Assembly: GCF_000829235.1 (NCBI RefSeq) | Contig: NZ_AP012549.1 | Span: 390,001-422,000 of the forward strand | Direction: 5' to 3' | Source: a cyanobacterium endosymbiont of Epithemia turgida isolate EtSB Lake Yunoko | Lineage (GTDB): Bacteria > Cyanobacteriota > Cyanobacteriia > Cyanobacteriales > Microcystaceae | Length of the DNA stretch: 32,000 bases | Shown here: positions 1 through 8,185 of the stretch, piece after piece | Layout of the letters: each line of letters opens with the position of its first letter | Position numbering within the stretch: position 1 is the stretch's first letter | Program-made: the position numbers and the translations under genes | The notes under the pieces: model-generated | Seen by the model: only the letters and a program-made list of their open reading frames with translations | Told to the model about the DNA's origin: nothing | Databases searched by the model: none

Positions 1-577
1 AGTATTAGTTATACTGACATTTATGATTTATGATAAAAAGCAATTAAAACAGTATAAAACAACACAAAAAATCAAAGTTTATCGTTTATTTGTAATTAGT
101 CGCAATATTTTCAATTTACAGTTTAAAATAGCAAAAAATAAGAGATTATACTGTAGCTATTAATATAATGAAGACTTAGTACAATGTATAATTAAGAATA
201 TATAAAAATTTTAGTACTTTGTAAAGTAAAATAATAATTTAATTTTAAGAAACATGGCTAAATTATGGGAGATCAATATTGATCAATGAAGTATGATTTA
301 TATATGCTAAAAATTATGAATTATTTTAAAAAATAAATAAACTAAAATATTTAGATAAAGTTTATCTGTTAACAAAGAGAATTATCTATATAGCTAAAGT
401 CTTACTCTAATATTTTTACATAGTACTATAACTATAGCTCTTTATAGATTTATGATCAATTGTTAAACTTTGCCTTTGCATTTTTTATATTTGTATGACA
501 GTTTTCATAAACCAAATTATCTTTGAAATCAATTAATATTTTAGTTATTTTAGGGTGAGCAATCCCCACCCATAAAC

Positions 578-2410
578 TTAGAAATTAGTATAATTAGTTA
601 TAGCTTCAGTTAACTTTTCTATCACTTCATTAACCCCCATTTGCCCTAATTCACCTGATGTGCGAGTCCGAATGCTTAAATTGTTAGACTCCACTTCTTT
701 TGAACCGACAATTGCCATTACAGGTATCTTTTGTTTTTCCCCATTACGAATCATTTTACCCAGTCTCTCTCCAGAGGCATCGGCTTCTGCACGAATATCT
801 AATTTTTGCATCTTGTTTGCTATTTCTTTAGCATAATCTAACTGAACATCACTAATAGGTAAAATACGCACCTGAATAGGAGATAACCACAAAGGAAAAT
901 CTCCAGCATACTCTTCGATTAGAATACCGATTAATCTCTCTATAGAGCCAAAAGGTGCACGGTGAATCATCACCGGACGTTGACGAGTTCCATTCTCTGC
1001 TATATATTCTAACCCAAATCGTTGGGGTAAATTATAATCAACTTGAACCGTTCCCAATTGCCATTCTCTTTCCAAAACATCTTGAAAAATAAAGTCTAAT
1101 TTAGGACCATAAAAAGCCGCTTCTCCTGGAGCCTCAAAATAGTCCATTTTCAGTGTTTGTACAGCGCGAAGAATGGCATGTTGAGATTTTTCCCAAACTT
1201 CGTCAGACCCAATATATTTACCTGGCTCATTACCTCTAAAACTTAATCTAGCCTTGAAATTATTCAGTTGCAAACTTTTAAAGACAGTAAGAATTAAATC
1301 AACCACATTAAGAAATTCTGCATCTAACTGATCAGGAGTAACGAATAAATGAGAGTCATCAACAGTAAACCCACGAACACGAGTTAATCCTCCTAATTCT
1401 CCTGACTGTTCGTATCGGTAAACTGTGCCAAATTCTGCCAACCGAACTGGTAAATCGCGATAAGAACGCAATTCACTTTTATAAATTTGGATATGAAAAG
1501 GACAGTTCATTGGTTTAAGAACAAATCCCATTTCTTGCGCTGCTTCCTCAGCATTTTCTGCCATCATAGGAAACATGTCCTTTTTATAATTTTGCCAATG
1601 ACCCGAAATTTTGAAAAGATCGATTTTAGCAATATGAGGGGTTACTACCCCAAGATAACCCCGTTTGATTTGTTCGTTCTTTAGAAAATTTTCCAGAGCA
1701 AACCTAATAATAGTTCCTTTGGGAGTCCACATAGGTAAACCTGGTCCCACGAGGTCAGAAAAGATAAATAACCCTAGTTCTTTACCTAATTTACGGTGAT
1801 CTCGTTTTAATGCTTCTTCCTTTCGTCGTTTATATTCGGCCAGTTGTTCAGGAGTTTCCCACGCAGTCCCATAAATACGTTGCAGTTGCGCTTTTGTTTC
1901 ATCCCCTCTCCAATAAGCTCCAGCCACACTTTCTAGATCAAATGCTCGGGGGTCAATATCTCCAGTAGTTTCCATGTGGGGACCAGCACAAAGATCCCAC
2001 CATTGATCTCCTAAATGATAGAGAGTAATAGGAGGTTTAAGTTCTTCAAGTATTTCAAGTTTATAGGGTTCTTTGAGATCGGTAATACGTTTTTTTGCTT
2101 CCTCTGGGGTCACTTCTTCGCGGATAACGGGAAGTTTGCGTTTGATAATTTTAACCATTTCTTTTTTGATGTCCTTGAGATTCTGTTCAGTAAAAGGTTC
2201 AGAAATATCAAAGTCATAGTAAAACCCTGTTTCGGTCCAAGGTCCAATGGTTACTTGCGTTTTAGGAAAAAGTTTCTGAACCGCCATAGCCATAATATGG
2301 GAGGTGGTATGGCGAATACGCTTTACCTTATCAGACTCACTGGTACGGGGAAGTTTGATGGGAGTTAATTCTTGGAATGCCTCAAGGTTAGCAGTTGACT
2401 GGTTAACCAT
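578..2410 (-). CDS. thrS: Threonine--tRNA ligase (short cyanobacterial form, no N-terminal TGS domain)
   Basis: 610-aa ORF. It has the editing-domain His motif HTTSHIMAMAV, a class II catalytic core (RVRGFTVDDSH, HRAPFGSIERLIGILIEEYAG) and a C-terminal anticodon-binding domain (VRILPISD...IPVMAIVG). Confidence 0.95.
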   Translation of the reverse strand: MVNQSTANLEAFQELTPIKLPRTSESDKVKRIRHTTSHIMAMAVQKLFPKTQVTIGPWTETGFYYDFDISEPFTEQNLKDIKKEMVKIIKRKLPVIREEVTPEEAKKRITDLKEPYKLEILEELKPPITLYHLGDQWWDLCAGPHMETTGDIDPRAFDLESVAGAYWRGDETKAQLQRIYGTAWETPEQLAEYKRRKEEALKRDHRKLGKELGLFIFSDLVGPGLPMWTPKGTIIRFALENFLKNEQIKRGYLGVVTPHIAKIDLFKISGHWQNYKKDMFPMMAENAEEAAQEMGFVLKPMNCPFHIQIYKSELRSYRDLPVRLAEFGTVYRYEQSGELGGLTRVRGFTVDDSHLFVTPDQLDAEFLNVVDLILTVFKSLQLNNFKARLSFRGNEPGKYIGSDEVWEKSQHAILRAVQTLKMDYFEAPGEAAFYGPKLDFIFQDVLEREWQLGTVQVDYNLPQRFGLEYIAENGTRQRPVMIHRAPFGSIERLIGILIEEYAGDFPLWLSPIQVRILPISDVQLDYAKEIANKMQKLDIRAEADASGERLGKMIRNGEKQKIPVMAIVGSKEVESNNLSIRTRTSGELGQMGVNEVIEKLTEAITNYTNF

Positions 2411-2689
2411 TTACTTCATACTCTTCTATGATTCTTTATCTAGTTTATTGTGTATTAAGGAATAGAGAACTTAGAAACAGCTTTAAGCTCAATATTTTAT
2501 ATTCTGATAGTGTAGATTTAATTTGTTAAATGTTAAATCGATCAGCTTCTGAATTAAATATCTACGAAAGTTCTCAATCCATAAACCCTCTTTTTAATCA
2601 ATCTTGATTTATTTTTAATACTTTCTGCTGTTACTGGAGTTATTTTTTAGTAATTGAATAATTATTAGAGAAAATATAGAGTATCAAGA

Positions 2690-3469
2690 TTATAAAATCT
2701 GAGATAAAAACTGTCTGGATCTTTCTGTTTGAGGCTTATCAAAAAATTCTCCAGGGGTTGCCACTTCAACAATTTTTCCTTTATCCATAAAGACTACACG
2801 ATCAGCTACTTCCTTTGCAAATCCCACTTCATGGGTAACACATACCATGGTCATCCCGGAATCAGCTAAACTACGCATTGTGTCCAACACTTCTTTGATC
2901 ATTTCTGGATCTAAGGCAGAGGTAGGTTCATCAAATAACATAATCTTGGGTTGCATGGCTAATGCGCGAGCGATCGCCACTCGCTGCTGTTGTCCTCCTG
3001 ATAATTGACCTGGATATTTATGAGCCTGTTCAAGAATACCCACCTTTTCGAGTAATTGCATAGCTGTCACTTCTGCTTTTTCTTTCTTTTGGTGGCGAAC
3101 CCAGATGGGAGCTAAAGTAACATTATTAAGAACTGTGAGATGGGGAAATAGATTAAATTGCTGAAATACCATCCCCACTTCCCTACGAATAGTTTCAATA
3201 TTTTTAAGATCATGGGAAAGTTCCACGCCATCAACAATAACATTCCCCTTTTGATAAGATTCTAGAGCATTAAAAGTGCGAATAAAAGTAGATTTCCCTG
3301 ACCCTGAGGGTCCCATAATGACCACCACCTCTTGGGGGTTGACTCGAAGACTGACCCCCTGTAACACATGAAAGTTATTATCGTACCATTTCTCCACATC
3401 TTGAGCAATGATGATAGGGTTCTTTTCAGAACTAGAATATGAATTGTTATTTTTAATAGATTGAGTCAT
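2690..3469 (-). CDS. Polar amino-acid ABC transporter ATP-binding protein (GlnQ/BgtA-like); no permease or binding-protein gene adjacent
   Basis: Walker [13 protein letters not shown] signature [15 protein letters not shown], Walker [13 protein letters not shown] and H-loop CVTHE are present. I placed the start at the internal ATG (3469, MTQSIKNN...); the ORF-track extension to 3523 adds an unconserved-looking leader. Confidence 0.9.
   Translation of the reverse strand: MTQSIKNNNSYSSSEKNPIIIAQDVEKWYDNNFHVLQGVSLRVNPQEVVVIMGPSGSGKSTFIRTFNALESYQKGNVIVDGVELSHDLKNIETIRREVGMVFQQFNLFPHLTVLNNVTLAPIWVRHQKKEKAEVTAMQLLEKVGILEQAHKYPGQLSGGQQQRVAIARALAMQPKIMLFDEPTSALDPEMIKEVLDTMRSLADSGMTMVCVTHEVGFAKEVADRVVFMDKGKIVEVATPGEFFDKPQTERSRQFLSQIL
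2970..2977. repeat. HIP1 octamer GCGATCGC
   Basis: Exact match, inside the ABC ATPase CDS. Confidence 0.9.
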
Positions 3470-3884
3470 CGATTTTAAGCAGTGACTATTTGGTCTTCTA
3501 CCACTGTATTGCAAAATTCTCAAACTTTCACTGTGAACTATAACTTAAACTTGTTTGAGGACAAAGAAAAATACAAAGTAATGGAACCAAAAGAAATATA
3601 TAAATTATAGATTAAAACAAAAGCTGACGATCTATCTTTCGTTGTTTCATCTCCCAATAGTATAACGAAAAAATACTCAATAGATAGAAATTTTAACTCA
3701 TCAGATTTAATAACACTTCTTGTTTATCTATTTTGGTAAAAAATTATGATCAACTCCTTTCCTCAAAATAGAAGAGCAGCAAGACCATAATTGCAATTAA
3801 GACTCTGACTCAACAAGACTCTAAAATCTGTAGCAATTTACTTTTAAGTTCAGAAGTATCCCCTTTTTTATTTCTTTAAAATTA

Positions 3885-3932
3885 ACATAACACAAAGTAG
3901 CTTAATATGAATTAAGCTACTTTGTGTTATGT
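3885..3932. repeat. Perfect hairpin/inverted repeat: 22-bp stem, 4-nt loop (acataacacaaagtagcttaat-atga-attaagctactttgtgttatgt)
   Basis: I checked base by base: 3885-3906 pairs perfectly with 3911-3932. It lies in a divergent intergenic spacer, not downstream of any surviving gene. Confidence 0.9.
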
Positions 3933-4352
3933 CTACAATAAGTTTTCGGAAAACAAGATAGTGACAATAGTATAAATATATTAAATGTAAAATATATTAC
4001 AGCAAAAAGCTGATATAAAATTTTCTATTTTTTTCTGCAATTAAATGGCAATCATATGTAGACAACCAGTCAAATTATTACTTTTCTAAATAAAATACAA
4101 ATCAAGATATTAATTTTATTTATTAATAAAAATTTAATTGTAATTAAAATTGCAGATCAATTGAACTTATTGGAAATAAATGTATAGGTGATAAATATAA
4201 GTTTGAAAATACCAAATTAATTTTTCAGGAATTACCTATACATTTATCAAAATAAATTGAATAATAATAACTTTTTTTATATCTTCTTCTTTATAAGTAG
4301 CCGCCAACATCAGATAATAGAGAAGATAACCGATATCTAACTCATACTTCTC

Positions 4353-4715
4353 ATGAATACTCCTTTCCTTTCCCCCGAAGACTTACCTTTGCAAAGTACG
4401 ACGGACTTCGGACTGCGACGGAAACTTGATGAAATCATCGGTAAATATTTCTACGAATCTTGTGATCGCTCACTCCAGACCTTATTGTCCCAATGTGGCT
4501 GGTATCTTACCAGTTCTTCTAATGTTTTAACTTTGGTGATTACCTGTCCTGATCATTCAACTAATTTACGCATTCTTAAATATGTTACAGCCCTGGGATA
4601 TTATTTAAAAAATTTTACTGAGAACGGAAAAATCCAGATATATCCTCCTGTGGGTGAAGGAACTTCCTTGAAAATTTTCGTCAAACAAGGACGAATCTAT
4701 CAAGACTCTCTTTAA
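4353..4715 (+). CDS. Hypothetical protein (120 aa), function unknown
   Basis: ATG-initiated ORF with balanced, non-low-complexity composition in an otherwise stop-rich spacer. It is followed immediately by a very strong intrinsic terminator. I do not recognise a family. Confidence 0.6.
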   Translation: MNTPFLSPEDLPLQSTTDFGLRRKLDEIIGKYFYESCDRSLQTLLSQCGWYLTSSSNVLTLVITCPDHSTNLRILKYVTALGYYLKNFTENGKIQIYPPVGEGTSLKIFVKQGRIYQDSL

Positions 4716-4775
4716 AAAAACCCTCAGTAAGATGGACAATGCCATCTTACTGAGGGTTTTTTTAAAGAGAGTCTT
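4702..4775. terminator. Bidirectional intrinsic terminator: 34-bp perfect inverted repeat with a 6-nt loop
   Basis: 4702-4735 pairs perfectly with 4742-4775 (checked base by base). The GC-containing core ccctcagtaagatgg/ccatcttactgaggg is flanked by A7 on the left and T7 on the right, giving a U-tract in either transcription direction. The left arm contains the last codons and the TAA stop (4713-4715) of the 120-aa ORF. Confidence 0.75.
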
Positions 4776-6090
4776 ATTACAATTATTAACACCACGAATT
4801 TTACGAGTAGTTGGTGATGATACGGTCAAACTAGACTATAAAATCAAAGTTAAATCTCAGCTAGGCTCAATAGACAATTATATTTTATTCTCTTTCTCCA
4901 ATAATTTTTATTCTAGTGACATCCATCTTGCTCAATGTACTGAAATCTCTCCTTGTAATACTCGTCAAACATTAATGCAGTGCTTGTCTGTAGTTATGGT
5001 AATAATTGTACACTTACCACCTCAACTTTGTTAGGATATTGTTAGTACTTACCCCATGGTTGCCAGGTTTTGCCGTAGAAATAACGTTTTAAGTTGCACA
5101 AAAAAACAACCATTTATCATTATTAATAATAATTTTTCTGGATACTAATTAGAAACTTTTATCTATTGGTCGAACCTAGTCAATAATTCTCCGTCCAGCT
5201 ATAATTAATCAATTATCATTGTAACTGCACATAGCTACCATATTCAATTATGGAGATAAATATCTATCTTTATTTGTAGGAATCTTTTTTAAAGAGCTAT
5301 AGCGAGTTATAATGATAATCTCTGAATAACCAAAGACTTTAAATCAATACAATAGTCTGGGTTGGATAGGTAGGAGTGAGCAAAAATTAGAGTAACACCT
5401 AATAAAAAAATATACTACATAACTATAATTAAAACCACTATCAAAATAGAGATTATTGCATACTCAGAAAATTTTCATTTTGACATGACGCCACAATAGT
5501 TATAGCTAACTTAATTAGTATAATATTGAGCTTTGTATTTTTCTAGATTAACTCTACTAACAAAAGATAGTATTCAAAAACTATAGATATTATCCTAAAT
5601 TAATTCTTTTTACTTGATCTTAAAAAGTAAGGAATAAAGATAATCATTAGAAAACAGTAAAAAAAATTAATGTCAGTTAAGTGAAAACAAAGACAATTAT
5701 TCCGGTGGAATACTTTCCCTTTTTTCTTAGTAACATGACTAACAAAGTGGGCGGAGATTATTAGGACTCAGAATCGGCTCGATTGTAGTCACTATGATAG
5801 ACCCTTAATGCTATAGGGTTTCTTTTTTTAATACTCAGCTTTGGAATATTTTCTTGTGGTTTAAGACACTGTATTCCATACTTGATACATTTATACTCTG
5901 GAGCTTGTTCAATAATTTTCCAATTTTTGGGGTATCAAGATGCCATATCCATTAAACTAGACTGAAACAAAGCATATTATCAATTAATTTTTCTATAGTT
6001 TCCACACCTCTGATACTCCTACAATATGGCACAATAGAAAAAGCTGACTATTATGATAGTCATGTAAAACTGAATTAACTAAAATTTTAA

Positions 6091-6960
6091 ATGATTCTGG
6101 TGAATGCAACTTTTGAAGGATCTACAAAGACTTGTCGCATTGTTTTTCCCCTCACTGCTATTGTCGGACAAGAAGAGATGAAATTGGACTTGCTACTCAA
6201 CGTCATTGACTCTAAAATCGGTGGTGTAATGATTATGCGTGATCGAAGTACTGGAAAATCTACCACTATTCTCGCGTTAGCCGACTTACTTTCTGAAATT
6301 AAGGTAGTAGCTGATGATCCCGTCAACTCTGACCAGAATGATCCTAACTTTATGAGTGAGCGCGTTCGTCAACAACTGAGGAAAAATATTCCTCTCCAAG
6401 TGGTTAGTAAAAAAGTTACGATGGTAGATCTTCCCTTGGGAGCCACTGAAGATAGAGTCTGTGGTTCAATTAATATTGAAAAGACCCTCTCACAGAAGGT
6501 GTGAAAGCTTTTGAACCACAGACTTTTGGCTAGAGCAAACTGTGGTATCATTTACATAGATAAGGTTAATCCTCGATGACCATCATGTAGATGTTCTCCT
6601 TGATTCGGCAGCTAGTGATTGAAATAAAGTAGAACGAAAAGGGGTTTCTATTCGTCATCCCGCACGGGTTTTCCTAGTTGGCTCAGGAAACCCAAAAGAG
6701 GGAGAATTACGACCTCAATTACTTGATTGTTTAGGAATGCACGCAGAAATTAATACCACAAAGGAACCGTAATTAAGGGTGAAAATTGTAGAACAACGTT
6801 CGTAATTTGACAAAAATCCTCAGAAATTCTATATTAGATACCAATTCCAACAAAAAGACCTGCGAAAACACTTAGTTGAAGCTCAAAAACTTCTCAAACA
6901 ATTGGAAATAGAAGAACATTAAGATAAAAAAAGTGTAAATTGAGTGAACTGTAAGAAGTT
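6091..6960 (+). pseudogene. chlI: Mg-chelatase subunit I (ChlI), multiply disrupted and 3'-truncated
   Basis: The N-terminal 137 codons read FPLTAIVGQEEMKLDLLLNVIDSKIGGVMIMRDRSTGKSTT...MVDLPLGATEDRVCGSINIEK, versus canonical ...IMGDRGTGKSTT..., so the P-loop glycines are already mutated. The rest of the ChlI sequence continues through at least two frameshifts (EGVKAFEP / LLARANCGIIYIDKVN / LDDHHVDVLLDSAAS). It also carries in-frame stops: TGA replacing Trp at 6620-6622, then EP*LRV, RS*FD and EEH*DKK. Similarity fades near 6960, before the AAA+ lid/C-terminal region. Confidence 0.9.
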
Positions 6961-7154
6961 TAAATTTTTAAAAAGCATTTTCTTTACTGTAATAGAATTG
7001 GGGAAATTAGAAGTTTGCAAGTTTTTTTTATCTTAAATTATCTGTACTATTTTTGATTATCTTTCTATGATTTTATTTGAGCTAAACCAGAAAAAATTCG
7101 TTAAAATCAAAGTGAATTAGAAAATCGCTTTACCATTGACCGGCTCACAGTTCT

Positions 7155-7718
7155 ATGACTTCTGTAATCGCTGTAGAAAAAGAAAAGTTAGAAAATCCTC
7201 CGTTAGATATTCACTATTTGGGTGACCGCATTTTACGTCAACCAGCTAAACGTATTGCGAGAGTTGATAACTCTGTTCGCAAACTAATTAAAGAAATGCT
7301 ACAAACTATGTATAGTTCTCATGGAATCGGTTTGGCTGCAACTCAAGTAGGGATTCATAAACAATTAATTGTTATAGATTGTGCTCCTGATGATTCGGAC
7401 AATAAACCTGTGGTTTTAATTAATCCTAAAATTACCAGTATTTCTAAAGAATTATCTCTGTTTGAAGAAGGTTGTTTAAGTATTCCAGGAGTTTATTTAA
7501 ATGTTACTCGTCCTGAAATGATTGAAGTATCTTTTAAAGATGAACAAGGAAAACCTCGCAAGCGACAAGCAACTGATTTATTAGCACGGGTTATTCAACA
7601 TGAAATAGATCACCTCAATGGAGTGATGTTTGTTGATCGAGTTGGCAATGGTTTAGCATTAACTGAAGCTTTACAAAAGAATGGATTTTCTCCACAAGCT
7701 ATCAGACCGGTCAAATAA
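7155..7718 (+). CDS. def: Peptide deformylase
   Basis: 187-aa ORF with all three PDF motifs: GIGLAATQVG, EGCLSIPG and QHEIDHLNG. Confidence 0.95.
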   Translation: MTSVIAVEKEKLENPPLDIHYLGDRILRQPAKRIARVDNSVRKLIKEMLQTMYSSHGIGLAATQVGIHKQLIVIDCAPDDSDNKPVVLINPKITSISKELSLFEEGCLSIPGVYLNVTRPEMIEVSFKDEQGKPRKRQATDLLARVIQHEIDHLNGVMFVDRVGNGLALTEALQKNGFSPQAIRPVK

Positions 7719-8185
7719 CCAATAATTAATTGGTTACTAAAAAGAGGCAATTTTTTTATCTTTAAAAGTAGCTTACTATTGTCGGGGTTGTCCATTATTC
7801 TAATTGTAGACGTTAGTCCTATCTTTGAACTTTCGTCACAAATCTTTGATTGCTCAAAATGATCACAAGTATTATTTTAACCATTAGCACTTTCTCAACG
7901 GCTCTTTTTTTGTGCGCCGTGTGAGACACAAAAATCAACATAGAATAATCCCAACTCTTCCTCTAGAGCTAGGCTTAATGATGAGAGTGTCGATCTCGAC
8001 AATGTTAACTGTGAATGAGTTATATTTAAGGTCTAATTTACTATTAACAACTTAGCTTACAAAATATCAAGAGCAACTACTTAAACTCTCCCTAAAAATA
8101 CTATCAAAAACTACAGGAATCTTATCCTTTTGTCGTAAATCTATAAAAATATCTTTTATTTAAGTACTTTTGTCAAGATTTCACA

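Noticed and set aside
271-284. 14-bp perfect palindrome gatcaatattgatc as an operator
   Set aside because: It is short and AT-rich, lies in a gene-free region downstream of thrS, and has no associated gene or second copy.
553-571. Hairpin gggtg-N9-caccc just downstream of the thrS stop as a terminator
   Set aside because: The stem is only 5 bp and no U-tract follows on the thrS (-) strand. That is too weak to call.
1487-2368. ORF-track entries 1487-1684 (+) and 2015-2368 (+)
   Set aside because: They lie entirely antisense within thrS. The peptides are low-complexity and Phe/Lys-rich, as is typical of the reverse strand of an AT-rich gene.
3470-3523. ORF-track N-terminal extensions: 3470-3523, 10421-10498, 12656-12700, 15355-15396, 18262-18330 and 26652-26744
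   Set aside because: The extensions are hydrophobic or unconserved-looking leaders, or start at non-ATG codons, upstream of ATGs that align with the conserved protein N-termini. I preferred the internal ATG starts, but the exact starts remain unverified.
4176-4247. 14-bp inverted repeat ataaatgtataggt / acctatacatttat separated by 44 nt
   Set aside because: It is almost pure A/T in very AT-rich DNA with a long loop, so it is plausibly chance. There is no supporting context.
4605-5034. ORFs 4605-4829 (-) and 4732-5034 (+)
   Set aside because: Both are generated by reading through the 74-nt palindrome, which is why they share the mirrored peptide LLRVFLKRVL. The first also overlaps the 120-aa ORF antisense. 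They are artefacts of the hairpin, not genes.
5761-5934. 57-codon stop-free frame on the - strand as a CDS
   Set aside because: It has no ATG, GTG or TTG start and a stop lies immediately upstream. Its length is within what chance allows across this much six-frame sequence. I keep it only as a possible relic in the findings.
6087-6551. ORFs 6087-6326 (-) and 6369-6551 (-), and treating 6091-6504 (+) as an intact 137-aa gene
   Set aside because: The minus-strand ORFs are antisense shadows of the chlI pseudogene. The 137-aa + ORF is only the N-terminal fragment of ChlI with a damaged P-loop, so I report it as part of the pseudogene.
7716-7737. Palindrome taaccaat-aatta-attggtta overlapping the def stop as a terminator
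   Set aside because: The 8-bp stem is mostly A/T and has no following T-tract.
7610-7795. 61-aa ORF on the - strand overlapping the def 3' end
   Set aside because: It mostly overlaps def antisense and I recognise no family.
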